Below, piece by piece: positions 51,026-64,000 of a stretch of DNA of 64,000 bases (position 1 is the first letter of the stretch; the number at the start of each line of letters is the position of its first letter). Both the position numbers and the translations under genes were made by a program. Source of the stretch: Macrostomum hystrix (lineage: Eukaryota > Animalia > Platyhelminthes); assembly GCA_950097015.1 (NCBI GenBank), contig CATNEN010000012.1, positions 3,224,001 through 3,288,000 of the forward strand, written 5' to 3'. The notes beneath the pieces were generated by a model. It was given only the letters and a program-made list of their open reading frames with translations, was not told the DNA's origin and made no database searches.

Positions 51026-54000
51026 TTACGCAGGCCAGCCAGATGTCGCGACAGAGCCGAAATGTCGTGCAGGGCGCTTTTCAAATAGCGGCTCTCTTGA
51101 GTGCTTACTTTGAGTCTCCCAGCCGGACGACAGCGACTCAGAACTGTTAAGACACGGAGAGGAGGCGCAGATATGGAAGCACTTGTCGCCTTCGAACTCA
51201 CCTATCAATCTTGGAACTCATCTGTTAATCTTGGAACTCATCTGTCAATCTTGGAACTCATCTGTCAACCTTGGAACTCATCTGTCAATCTTGGAACTCA
51301 TCTGTTAATCTTGGAACTCATCTGTCAATCTTGGAACTCATCTGTTAATCTTGGAACTCATCTGTCAATCTTGGAACTCATCTGTCAATCTTGGAACTCA
51401 TCTGTCAATCTTGGAACTCATCTGTCAATCTTGGAACTCATCTGTCAACATTGGAACTCATCTGTCAATCTTGGAACTCATCTGTCAATCTTGGAACTCA
51501 TCTGTCAATCTTGGAACTCATCTGTCAATCTTGGAACTCATCTGTCAACATTGGAACTCATCTGTCAATCTTGGAACTCATCTGTTAATCTTGGAACTCA
51601 TCTGTCAATCTTGGAACTCATCTGTCAATCTTGGAACTCATCTGTTAATCTTGGAACTCATCTGTCAATCTTGGAACTCATCTATCAATCTTAGAACTCA
51701 TCTGTCAATCTTGGAACTCATCTGTCAATCTTGGAACAGAATGTTGGAAGATGTGAAAGACAAAAATAATGCTCTTTCATCAAGCACTTACGCTTCAGAG
51801 CCGATTATGTCCATGACTTGTCGCTGCAGAGAATGCACCCTCATCGACAGGTAGACAGCAAAAATGCAGCAAAGAATGAGCCTGATATGTTTTTTTTAAT
51901 ATTCATTTGATTAATTTTGAATCGCGCTATCAATGTGTTTCAGTCGGGGCCACGGATTGGAATCGTGGATTAAGGACAAACCACAAATAAAATGATGGGC
52001 TGGGGTTGGGAGGGGCAACCCACTAATAAACTGATGGACTGGGGTGGGGAGGGGCAACCCACTAATAAACTGATGGACTGGGGTGGGGAAGGGCAACCCA
52101 CTAATAAACTGATGGACTGGGGGTGGGGAGGGGCAACCCACTAATAAACTGTTGAACTGGGGTGGGGAAGGGCAACCCACTAATAAACTGATGGACTGGG
52201 GGTGGGGAGGGGCAACCCACTAATAAACTGATGGACTGGGGGTGGGGAGGGGCAACCCACTAATAAACTGATGGACTGGGGGTGGGGAGGGGCAACCCAC
52301 TAATAAACTGTTGAACTGGGGTGGGGAAGGGCAACCCACTAATAAACTGATGGACTGGGGTGGGGAGGGGCAACCCACTAATAAACTGATGGACTGGGGG
52401 TGGGGAGGGGCAACCCACTAATAAACTGATGGACTGGGGTGGGGAGGGGCAACCCACTAATAAACTGTTGGACTGGGGTGGGGAGGGGCAACCCACTAAT
52501 AAACTGTTGAACTGGGGTGGGGAGGGGCAACCCACTAATAAACTGTTGAACTGGGGTGGGGAGGGGCAACCCACTAATAAACTGTTGAACTGGGGTGGGG
52601 AGGGGCAACCCACTAATAAACTGATTGGACTGGGGTGGGGAGGGGCAACCCACTAATAAACTGTTGAACTGGGGTGGGGAGGGGCAACCCACTAATAAAC
52701 TGATGGACTGGGGGTGGGGAGGGGCAACCCACTAATAAACTGATGGACTGGGGTGGGGAGGGGCAACCCACTAATAAACTGTTGGACTGGGGTGGGGAGG
52801 GGCAACCCACTAATAAACTGTTGAACTGGGGTGGGGAAGGGCAACCCACTAATAAACTGTTGGACTGGGGTGGGGAGGGGCAACCCACTAATAAACTGAT
52901 GGACTGGGGTGGGGAGGGGCAACCCACTAATAAAATGATGGACTGGTGGTGGGGAGGGGCAACCCACTAATAAACTGATGGACTGGGGGTGGGGAGGGGC
53001 AACCCACTAATAAAATGATGGACTGGGGGTGGGGAGGGGCAACCCACTAATAAAATGATGGACTGGTGGTTGGGAGGGGCAACCCACTAATAAACAACAG
53101 TTTACAATTTATAATTTAGCTTACAGCACTAGTACAAGAGCCTCGCTAGCAGCAGCCCAGTCCGCAGACAATGTCATACGAAATCCAGACACCCGAACAT
53201 CGCTGTCGCATGTCGACCTTGGAGCTGAAAATTTCGGAATGAACGAGAATTTAATCGGAGTTGTGAATCGACTTTATAACTCACAAGAGCGAGAGCGTTA
53301 GAATTCTTCAATAGAACATTTACCCGGCGAAGGCAACGCGTCGCTATAATTGTTCTGAGAAATTGGCGGAATGTCCTGGCTACTGTTGTCCTCTTCCCTA
53401 GGACCATCTTCTCGCTGTTGCTGCTGCTGCAGCTGCTGCTGCTGATGTTGCAGATGCACAACTGGACTCGCTTCGAAGCCAGAATCAGTGGAATCATCTG
53501 TCAGGGCTTCCACTTGATCTGCAACCACCTGTTCATTGTCGAATTTAACAGGCTTTCAATCAACTTTAAATTTTATTTAGCCCTTTTTTAGCAAATGTTA
53601 TTTTCTTCGCAGGTCAACAAGGGTATCCAAAATGAGTACGGGCGGGATGAGACAGGGGAAAGATAAGATACGGGAGAGATGAGACACCAGAGAAATGAGA
53701 CACGGGAAAGATGAGACAACGGGAGAGATAATACAAGGGGAGAGATTAGACAGGCGAGAGATGAGATACGCGAGAGATGAGACAGAGATGAGACAGAGAG
53801 ATGAGACGGGAGAGATGAGAGACGGGAGATGAGACACGGGAGAGATGAGACAACGGGAGAGATGAGACAAGGCGAGAGATTAGACACGCGAGAGATTAGA
53901 CACGCGAGAGATAAGACACAGATGAGACAGAGAGATGAGACGGGAGAGATGAGAGACGGGAGATGAGACATGGGGGAGATAAGACCAGAGAGATGAGACC

Positions 54001-57000
54001 GGAGAGATGAGACGGGGAGAGATGAGACGTGGAGAGATGAGACAGGGTGAGACGAGACGGGGAGAGACGAGACGGGGAGAGATGAGACAGGGAGAGATGA
54101 GAGACGGGATAGATTAGACGGGGAGAGATAAAAACGGGAGAGATGAGAGACGGGAGAGATGAAAACGGGAGAGATGAGAGACGGGGAGAGATGAGACGTG
54201 GAGAGATGAGACGGGGTGAGACGAGACGGGGAGAGACGAGACGGGGATAGATGAGACAGGGAGAGATGAGAGACGGGATAGATTAGACGGGGAGAGATAA
54301 AAACGGGAGAGATGAGAGACGGGAGAGATGAAAACGGGAGAGATGAGAGACGGGGAGAGATGAGACAGGGAGAGATGAGAGACGGGGAGAGATGAGACGG
54401 GAGAGATGGTACAGGGGAGAGTTGGAGGCAGCAAAAGGGCCAGGTTAGCGAGCGCAATTAGGAGCATTTCGGCAGCGTCAGGCCAACGGTCCGGAGTTTT
54501 CTGACCCAGTAAAAAGCGATGAGAGAGGGAGAAGCAACTGTTTAGTAATTCAAAGAGGAAAGCGAGGCTGCTTTTCAGCTTCGAGCAGCTGTGACTCATT
54601 GTTTGCTTTCCACTCGGGTCAGACTGACGCCAATTATTGTCTGAGGTGACGCCCCCTCTACACTTCGGCACATTCAGCTCTGCCTGGCAGCTAAGCAAAC
54701 GCTTTTTCATTCGAGAAATTAGGTTCAAATATGAAATACTCACGACATCTGTTAATAAAAAAGTACAAAGAGTGCCGTGATAAAGACATTGCGGCTAGAA
54801 AAATGCACAATAGAGTGTGGTTTGCTTACATCAAGGAAGATAATATGATTGTTGAATAGAATCTGACAGAATCTAACAGAATCTAACAGAATCTAACAGC
54901 ATCTAACAGCATCTAACAGCATCTAACAGAATCTAACAGAATCTAACAGAATCTAACAGCATCTAACAGAATCTAACAGCATCTAACAGAATCTAACAGA
55001 ATCTAACAGAATCTAACAGCATCTAACAGCATCTAACAGAATCTAACAGCATCTAACAGAATCTAACAGCATCTAACAGCATCTAACAGAATCTAACAGA
55101 ATCTAACAGCATCTAACAGCATCTAACAGAATCTAACAGCATCTAACAGAATCTAACAGCATCTAACAGCATCTAACAGAATCTAACAGCATCTAACAGC
55201 ATCTAACAGAATCTAACAGCATCTAACAGAATCTAACAGAATCTAACAGAATCTAACTGCATCTAACAGAATCTAACAGCATCTAACAGAATCTAACAGA
55301 ATCTAACAGCATCTAACAGCATCTAACAGAATCTAACAGAATCTAACAGAATCTAACAGCATCTAACAGAATCTAACAGAATCTAACAGAATCTAACAGC
55401 ATCTAACAGAATCTAACAGCATCTAACAGAATCTAACAGAATCTAACAGCATCTAACAGCATCTAACAGAATCTAACAGCATCTAACAGAATCTAACAGA
55501 ATCTAACAGCATCTAACAGCATCTAACAGAATCTAACAGAATCTAACAGAATCTAACAGCATCTAACAGCATCTAACAGAATCTAACAGCATCTAACAGA
55601 ATCTAACAGAATCTAACAGAATCTAACAGAATCTAACAGAATCTAACAGCATCTAACAGCATCTAACAGCATCTAACAGCATCTAACAGCATCTAACAGA
55701 ATCTAACAGAATCTAGCAGCATCTAACAGAATCTAACAGAATCTAATAGCATCTAACAGCATCTAACAGCATCTAACAGCATCTATCAGGATCCCAGTCA
55801 CGTGACCTACCAGAGCATCTGACGCTGGCTGATCAGTCGCTGCGCCCCATGCGGACTGAAGCTGCAGCAGGAGGCGGTCCCTTGAGCCAATGTTGGAGAA
55901 TGTCACCTGGAGATTGTTCAGAAATGAAGATGTTAGAAGACTTAGAGTTTATCAGCTACTGGTGGCGTGATTCTCTTAAAAACATCATCGACAGCAATTT
56001 TCACTTACCGACTTTTGAGCAGTTGTAATCCTAATCCCAGTGGGAAATAGCGACAACACCTTCTCCTTGCAGATGGAGACAACATCGGAGAACTTTAGTT
56101 TCACCTGCAAGTTGAATTTTTCAGAATATTCTTGTTTGTTAGCTCAAGGGGAGAGATGAAACACGGGAGAGATGAGACAATGGGAGAGATAAGACAAGGG
56201 GAGAGATGAAACACGGGAGAGATGAGACAATGGGAGAGATAACACAAGGGGAGAGATGAGACAGGGAAGAGATAAGACAAGGGGAGAGATAAGACAAGGG
56301 GAGAGATGAGACAAGGGGAGAGATGAGACACGGGAGAGATGAGACAAGGGGAGAGATGAGACAAGGGGAGAGATCAGACACGGGAGAGATGAGACACGGG
56401 AGAGATAAGACAAGGGGAGAGATCAGACACGGGAGAGATGAGACACGGGAGAGATGAGACACGGGAGAGATGAGACAAGGGGAGAGATAAGACAAGGGGA
56501 GAGATGAGACAAGGGGAGAGATGAGACACGGGAGAGATGAGACAAGGGAGAGATGAGACACGGGAGAGATGAGACACGGGAGAGATGAGACACGGGAGAG
56601 ATGAGACAAGGGGAGAGATAAGACAAGGGGAGAGATGAGACAAGGGGAGAGATGAGACACGGGAGAGATGAGACAAGGGAGAGATGAGACACGGGAGAGA
56701 TGAGATACGGGAGAGATGAGACACGGGAGAGATGAGACACGGGAGAGATGAGACACGGGAGAGATGAGACAAGGGGAGAGATGAGACAACGAGAGAGATG
56801 AGACACGGGAGAGATGAGACAAGGGAGAGATGAGACACGGGAGAGATGAGATACGGGAGAGATGAGACACGGGAGAGATGAGACACGGGAGAGATGAGAC
56901 ACGGGAGAGATGAGACAAGGGGAGAGATGAGACAACGAGAGAGATGAGACACGGGAGAGATGAGACAAGGGAGAGATGAGACACGGGAGAGATGAGATAC

Positions 57001-57963
57001 GGGAGAGATGAGACACGGGAGAGATGAGACACGGGAGAGATGAGACACGGGAGAGATGAGACAAGGGGAGAGATGAGACAACGAGAGAGATGAGACACGG
57101 GAGAGATGAGACACGGGAGAGATGAGACACGGGAGAGATGAGACACGGGAGAGATGAGACACGGGAGAGATGAGACACGGGAGAGATGAGACACGGGAGA
57201 GATGTGACACGGGAGAGATGAGACAATGGAAGTGATAACACATGATGACGTAGGTGTTGGAATTGGCTTGGGAGGGGGGGGCATTTTTAGTAGCTTTGAT
57301 GGCCGCACCTTAAATTTAAATTAAAGCTATTGATAAAATTTTCACTTTGTCCAATATCAATCGATAGAAAACAGGTGCTATTTTGAATAGCCACATTTTT
57401 TCTGTATCTCGCAAAATATTGAACCAATCGCTGTGAAAATCCAGAGCTAAACTTTTCCGCTCTATCCGATGAAACAACTTCCAGAATCACGAAACATCGA
57501 CATCGTCGAGATATTCAACGACTCTCGTCGGGTTGTCTGGTGGCAAAAACCGGGTATTTGAAATACCTCCGTGTTCTTTCTACTGTTGAAGACACGCAAA
57601 CTCACCTCGGCAGCCAAGCTTGGTAGGGCCGGGCAGAAGCAGATGTACCGCCTAGTGATGATAATTGTGCCCCTGGCTGGTAGGTCCGACACGCGAAATG
57701 CAGGCATTGCTGCAAGGAGAAAAACGTTGCGGAAACATGTGCTTATTATTATTTAATAATCTAATTTAACACACGAGACAGAGCAAGGAAGACTCACTGG
57801 TTACTATGCTATCTCGCTGCGACAGCCTCAAGCGTCTGGTAAATTTGCCAATCTTACTGCTGATACTGCGCCTTCGACGACTCTCCGTTTGTGGAGTTGA
57901 CATTGTCGGCATAGACTCCGGCTGGGCAAGTTGCGGCTGCTGCATTGGATGCACCCGATTCAT
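51026..57963 (-). CDS. GRAM-domain protein with C-terminal TM helix (GRAMD2/3-like), 8 exons, ~324 aa
   Basis: Exons 57963-57798, 57709-57606, 56104-56009, 55906-55811, 53528-53324, 53224-53125, 51881-51792, 51143-51026, all GT-AG and phase-compatible. GRAM-like GTIIITRRYICF / FSDVVSICKEK..FPTGIRITT / FSNIGSRDR..W; TM LVLVLLILCCIFAVYLSM. Confidence 0.85.
51204..51735. repeat. 20-bp TTGGAACTCATCTGTCAATC array in GRAM intron 7
   Basis: Direct reading. Confidence 0.96.
51990..53095. repeat. 39-40-bp G-rich (plus strand) array in GRAM intron 6
   Basis: GGGGTGGGGAGGGGCAACCCACTAATAAACTGATGGACT units. Confidence 0.96.
53640..54410. repeat. GAGATGAGAC-family purine array in GRAM intron 4
   Basis: Direct reading. 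Confidence 0.93.
54860..55790. repeat. 10-bp ATCTAACAG(A/C) array in GRAM intron 4
   Basis: Direct reading. Confidence 0.97.
56145..57240. repeat. GAGATGAGAC-family purine array in GRAM intron 2
   Basis: Direct reading. Confidence 0.95.
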
Positions 57964-58434
57964 TCTGAAGAGCTGCTAGCTGTTTTTAATTACTAACGGC
58001 TGCGTGCTTTTATACCATTGGTTTCTGTCAGCCAATTCAGCACAGCCAGCTCAATATGAGAGCACGATGAGATTTCCTACGCGTCTCGTCTTAATAAATT
58101 TGACCTGTGCTTGCTGGGCTTTTATTAGCTATATTATTTAGCTCAGCGGAGTACAGAGAAACGTATTACTTGACAGGTTTTAGACTAAGTTCAACCTGTT
58201 TGTGTTTTTCACTCAGCTCTGTCTATTTTTTTGGGGTGGGGGCGGTGGCTGCGCACAATGCGTGTACGTCTGCGGCCATTTTGTTCAGCTGAGAATACCG
58301 ACAACTTTTAGGTTGCGTCACTTCGGTTTGCTCGCGTCACTGACTGCCTAGAAATTAATAGAAGCTCTCATTGCATAATTGCATTGTGGGCAACAATAAT
58401 ACTTTTCTGTCAACTGACAATGCTCAATACAACA

Positions 58435-59525
58435 TAAGTGAGATGAGGCGTGGAGATGAGACAAGAGGGATGAGACAGGGGGAGATGAGGCGTGGAGATG
58501 AGACAAGAGGGATGAGACAGGGGGAGATGAGGCGTGGAGATGAGACAAGAGGGATGAGACAGGGGGAGATGAGACAGGGGAGATGAGACAGGGGAGATGA
58601 GACAGGGGGAGATGAGGCGTGGAGATGAGACAAGAGGGATGAGACAGGGGGAGATGAGACAGGGGAGATGAGACAGGGGGAGATGAGACAGGGGAGATGA
58701 GACAAGAGGGATGAGTAAAGGGAAGATGAGACAAGAAAGATAAGACAGGGGAGATGAGACCGGGGGAGATAAGACAGGGGGAGATGAGACCGGGGGAGAT
58801 AAGACAGGGGGGATGAGACAGGGGGGATGAGACAAGAGGGATGAGTAAGGGGAAGATGAGACAAGAAAGATGAGACAGGGGAGATGAGACCGGGGGAGAT
58901 AAGACAGGGGGAGATGAGACCGGGGGAGATAAGACAGGGGGGATGAGACAGGGGGGATGAGACAAGAGGGATGAGTAAGGGGAAGATGAGACAAGAAAGA
59001 TGAGACAGGGGAGATGAGACCGGGGGAGATAAGACAGGGGGAGATGAGACCGGGGGAGATAAGACAGGGGGGATGAGACAAGAGGGATGAGTAAGGGGAA
59101 GATGAGACAAGAAAGATGAGACAGGGGGAGATGAGACCGGGGGAGATGAGACTGGGGGATGAGACAAGAGGGATGAGTAAGGGGAAGATGAGACAAAAAA
59201 GATGAGACAGGGGGAGATGAGACCGGGGGAGATAAGACAGGGGGAGATAAGACAGGGGGAGATGAGACAGCGGGAGATGAGACAGGAGGAGATGAGACAG
59301 GGGAGAGATGAAACAAGAAAGAGATAAGACAGAAAAGAGACAAAAGCAGATGCGACACAAGAGAGATAAGTCAAGAGCGATGATGAGACATTTAAGAGAT
59401 TAAGCAGGGTAGAGGTTAGATTGGGATGAGACAGTAGAAAGATTAGGGAGTACAAAGATGAGACAGTGGAGAGATTAAGCACGTGAGAGATGAGATACAG
59501 GGGAATACGACGAAAGAAAGATGAG
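58435..59525. repeat. GAGATGAGAC-family purine array upstream of the GRAM gene
   Basis: Direct reading. Confidence 0.95.
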
Positions 59526-60145
59526 ACGAAGAAGAGTAAGTGTTACAACGGACAAGGGACCGATTTAGGAGTATAGGGCTGGTCGTATCTAGCGCGTGGG
59601 TCGGAGGTTGCTGACCGCTGCACTAAAGGTTCACCTGAACGTACGAGACGCCATCCTATTGCATGTAAGCTCCTGTCCCAGAGTTTAGTGTGACACCAAA
59701 TTTTGACATCGCTACTTCTAAACTAATAAATATATTTAGCTTAGAATTCCCGCATTGCCGTGCATTGCTGCGCTTTACCTGGGGCCTTCGTATTCAGACT
59801 TTCAATAGAAATTTAATTCTACAGTCCAACTACCTACTAAAAGTAGGCGCTAAGGGTAAAATATTTATAGTAAACCATAAAAAGATTCTTTTAAAAGCTT
59901 TCTCGGTTTGCGAATCAAAATAGGTTTCAATTATCACACGAGGGGTTCGGTTAGTTCACGTATTTTTTATTACGAGTCGGTTTAGTGGCATTGCAGAACT
60001 TTGTATTTTTATCACCACTAAGAATTGCCACTCAGACTTGCTTAAAATTATTGCCACATTTTTTCTGTGCACCGACTACCTCATTTCCCCTCCACTTTCG
60101 TTGCACCTGCCGCCTTATTTTCTTCTCTACGTCGTTGCACCTAGA

Positions 60146-60975
60146 ATCCTAGAATCCTGGATATCTCGGTTTGGCCCACCATTGACGCTGGTGACCGATC
60201 AAGGCGCGCAGTTCCGCGCGGAGCTCATGCGAAACCTGGCGACACTGCTCGGAATACATCACATCCGCACTTCAGCCTACAATCCGAGGGCAAATGGCAT
60301 CGTCGAGCGAACCCACCGAACATTAAAGTCCGGGCTGAAAGCACGTGGCAAGAACTGACTGCAGCACCTACCCATCGTGCTTCTCGGAATGCGCATTTTT
60401 GCAGACGAGACAGGTGCATCGCCATTCTCCATCGTTACCGGTGAACAACCATTAGTCCCACCTGTAGTTGCCGACACCTCCTCTATCAAGGAACTTTCCA
60501 CAAGAATGCACCAACTTTTTTTTCCGTATCGCCAACCACGAACGCGCGAGGTAAGAATTCATCTGCCAGCAGACTTGGCTGCATGCACCCACGTCTGGTT
60601 GCGACTAGATCGAGTTCGACGTCCCCTAGAAGCACCCTACCAGGGACCCTATGCAGTGCTGGAGAGACACGAAACGACATTCACATTGGAAATCAACGGC
60701 AAGCCCTCTGTGGTGTCTATCGATCGAGTGAAACCAGCTACACTCCCAGCACCGGTACCAATTAGCAAAGCACCAGCAACTACTGTAACACCGGAAAACC
60801 CACCGGCAGCAAACATACGTGCTAAAACCGCTTCCCACGTTCGTTTTTCCACAGAACCATCCGTTAAACTGTTTTACGCAACTGAACCATTATTAACCTA
60901 ACTGAAAATCATTTTCTAACTGTTTCATAACAACAATCAAAACCTTTGCATAAACTCCGTTTTGGGTGGGGTAGT
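60146..60975 (+). mobile_element. 5'-truncated, inactivated Ty3/Gypsy integrase fragment followed by a PPT
   Basis: WISRFGPP..TDQGAQF..GIHHIRTSAYNPRANGIVERTHRTLK; in-frame TGA at the expected Trp (KN*LQHLPIVLLGMR); GPY/F motif PYQGPY; GGGTGGGGTAGTA after the stop, possibly followed by a 3' LTR from ~60980. Confidence 0.9.
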
Positions 60976-61664
60976 ATCTTGTAGCAGCAAATTCACTTCT
61001 TTCTTTTAACTCTTAATATTTAAGGATTCAAATGGTACTTTTATTTCCCCCTTACCACTAATTTGTCCATGACCCTTGTTATCGTTAGGTTCAGTCGCCC
61101 GGTTAAGACTTAAATGTAACCCCACGACAAAACTAAATAAACAAGCTCAAGCTTTTGCCGACTCTTGGATTCAACTAGCAACATTTGTAGCAAGTCAGCT
61201 ACAAAATTCAGCACATCATATTCTTCTCCCCCACTGCCACATCCACTATTGCCATAGACTCTCCTTTATTGTGTTGTGACGCAGCCCTCACCTCTGCCCT
61301 ATCATTTTGATCTCTTTCTCATTCCCTGCCCCGCCAGTCGGCTAGCGTGCCCCCCACCCCAGTTCATATCTATCGATCGCCCCAGCCTACCCCTAATTGT
61401 TGAATGTACATCTCACCCGCCTTGCGCGCTCTCTTACCCCACCCCCTGTTTGTTTTGTCGCTAAAGCCCGGAGTTCTGTGGTGCCAACCTAGCTATATAG
61501 TTGTGCCAGTTAATTAGACCCTGCTAACCTCGTCTGCCCACCTGTTACGAAACTGTCTATTTTAGTGAAAATACTAGCAAGTTTTGCCCCCCTTCGGGGA
61601 GCAGAAATACTTTTAATTCGTCTAGTATATACTTTTTAGCAGCTGAATTTACAGCTTTTTAAAG

Positions 61665-63380
61665 CTACAATGAACCCCCAGTTGACAATGATCCCCCAGT
61701 TGACAATGATCCCCCAGTTGACAATGAACCCCCAGTTGACAATGAACCCCCAGTTGACAACGATCCCCCAGTTGACAATGATCCCCCATTTGACAATGAT
61801 CCCCCAGTTGACAATGATCCCACAGTGGACAATGATCCCCCAGTTGACAAAGATCCCCCAGTTCCCAATGATCACCCAGTTGATGATGATCCCCCAGTTG
61901 ATGATGATCCCCCAGTTGAAAATGATCCCCCAGTTGACAATGATCCCACAGTTGACAATGATCCCCCAGTTGACAAAGATCCCCCAGTTCACAATGATCA
62001 CCCAGTTGATGATGATCCCCCAGTTGACAATGATCCCCCAGTTGACAATGATCCCCCAGTTGACAATGATCCCCCAGTTAACAAAGATCCCCCAGTTCAC
62101 AATGATCCCCCAGTTGATGAAGTCTCCCCATTGATGATGATCCCCAGTTAACAATGTTCCTCCATTTGACAATGTTCCCCCAGTTGACAACGATCCCCCA
62201 GTTGATGATGATCACCCAGTTGACAATGATCCCCCAGTTGACAATGATCCCCCAGTTGACAATGATCCCCCAGTTGACAATGATCCCTCAGTTGATGATG
62301 ATCCCCCAGTTGAAAATGATCCCCCAGTTGACAATGATCCCCCAGTTGACAATGATCCCCCAGTTGACAATGATCCCCCAGTTAACAAAGATCCCCCAGT
62401 TCACAATGATCCCCCAGTTGATGAAGTCTCCCCATTGATGATGATCCCCAGTTAACAATGTTCCTCCAGTTGACAATGTTCCCCCAGTTGACAATGATCC
62501 CCCAGTTGATGATGATCACCCAGTTGACAATGATCCCCCAGTTGACAATGATCCCCCCAGTTGACAATGATCCCCCAGTTGATGATGATCCCCCAGTTGA
62601 AAATGATCCCCCAGTTGACAATGATCCCCCAGTTGAGAATGATCCCCCAGTTGACAATGATCCCCCAGTTAACAAAGATCCCCCAGTTCACAATGATCCC
62701 CCAGTTGATGAAGTCTCCCCATTGATGATGATCCCTAGTTAACAATGTTCCTCCAGTTGACAATTTTCTCCCAGTTGACAATGATCCCCCAGTTGATGAT
62801 GATCACCCAGCACCCAGTTGACAATGATCCCCCAGTTGACAATGATCCCCCAGTTGACAATGAACCCCCAGTTGACAACGATCCCCCAGTTGACAATGAT
62901 CCCCCAGTTGACAATGATCCCCCAGTTGACAATGATCCCACAGTATACAATGATCCCCCAGTTGACAAAGATCCCCCAGTTCACAATGATCCCCCAGTTG
63001 ACAAAGATCCCCCAGTTCTCAATGATCCCCCAGTTGATGATGATCCCCAGTTGATGATGATTCCCCAGTTGACAATTATCCCCCAGTTGACCATTACCCC
63101 CCACTTGACAATGATCTCTCAGTTCACAATGATCCCCCAGTTGACAATGATCCCCCAGTTGACAATGAACCCCCAGTTGACAATGAACCCCCAGTTGACA
63201 AGATCCCCCAGTTGACAATGATCCCCCATTTGACAATGATCCCCCAGTTGACAATGATCCCCCAGTTGACAATGATCCCCCAGTTGACATTGATCCCCCA
63301 GTCGACAATTATCCCCCAGTTTATTATGATCCCCCAGTTCACCATGATCCCCATTTTGATGATGACTCCCCAGTTGACGT
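61665..63380. repeat. 18-bp GTTGACAATGATCCCCCA array
   Basis: Direct reading. Confidence 0.96.
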
Positions 63381-63399
63381 TGATTTTTCAAACGCTGGG

Positions 63400-64000
63400 T
63401 TAGCCAAGATTCAAACTCAGGTTTCGCCATGTTTTAAACCCTGGTGGGCTCTGATTCAAACTCTCGTTTTGCCATGATTCAGACTCTGGTTGGCTATGAT
63501 TCAAACTCTGGTTTAGCCAAGATTCAAACTCTGGTTGGCTATGATTCAGACGCTGGTTTAGCCATGATTCAGACGCTGGTTTAGCCATGATTGAAACTCT
63601 GGTTTAGCCATGATTCAGACTCTGGTTTAGCCATGATTCAGACGCTGGTTTAGCCATGATTCAGACGCTGGTTTAGCCATGATTGAAACTCTGGTTTAGC
63701 CATGATTCAGACTCTGGTTTAGCCATGATTTAAATTCTGGTTAAGCCATGATTCAGACTCTGGTTTAGCCATGATTCAGACTCTGGTTTAGCCATGATTC
63801 AAACTCTGGTTAAGCCATGATTCAGACTCTGGTTTAGCCATGATTCAGACTCTATTTTAGCCATGATTCAGACTATGGTTTAGCCATGATTCAGACTCCA
63901 GTTTTGCCATGATTCAGACTCTGGTTTAGCCATGATTCAGACTCTGGTTTAGCCATGATTCAGACTCTGGTTAAGCCATGATTCAGACTCTGGTTTAGCC
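63400..64000. repeat. 23-bp CTGGTTTAGCCATGATTCAGACT array, runs off the window end
   Basis: Direct reading. Confidence 0.96.

Noticed and set aside
50998-51201. Track ORF as the last GRAM exon
   Set aside because: Phase 0 is incompatible with the phase-2 donor at 51792; the acceptor at 51143 has a better pyrimidine tract and the right phase
54744-54748. 5-nt micro-exon (AACAG|ATGTC|GTGAGT) in GRAM intron 4
   Set aside because: Flanking exons already join in phase 0; inclusion would frameshift unless paired with an exon for which no good donor was found
60146-61560. Gypsy fragment as the autonomous partner of the SL-LTR element
   Set aside because: Inactivated, and the sequence after its PPT does not resemble the SL-bearing LTR

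Overview
Eukaryotic (animal) genomic DNA, most consistent with a Macrostomum-type flatworm. This is inferred from GC-rich exons, introns and intergenic spaces filled with minisatellites, and a flatworm spliced-leader (SL)-like sequence. Spliced genes reconstructed by hand: TRIM9-like (5' part, minus), proteasome Rpt4/PSMC6 (minus), small UBA-like orphan (+), six-EF-hand calbindin/calretinin-like (+), InaF-motif microprotein (minus), PH-RhoGAP ARHGAP24-like (+), TAB2/3-like CUE-NZF (+), CENP-V/GFA (+), an orphan (+) and a GRAM-TM protein (minus). Also present: a decayed Gypsy integrase, a MULE-like element with 9-bp TSD, MITEs, tRNA-derived SINEs and about 25 tandem arrays. Most long ORFs in the track are repeat artefacts. 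Main finding: a young 2.2-kb non-autonomous LTR retrotransposon (33613-35812, minus) with apparently identical 351-bp TG..CA LTRs, a 5-bp TSD, a tRNA-Lys PBS and a PPT. Its LTR ends in a spliced-leader-like sequence just downstream of CCAAT/TATA-like motifs, with the SL splice donor apparently deleted. Other notable signals: a CENP-V gene with no ATG that an SL-terminal AUG would complete, and an intronic minisatellite whose last units keep only in-frame splice acceptors.
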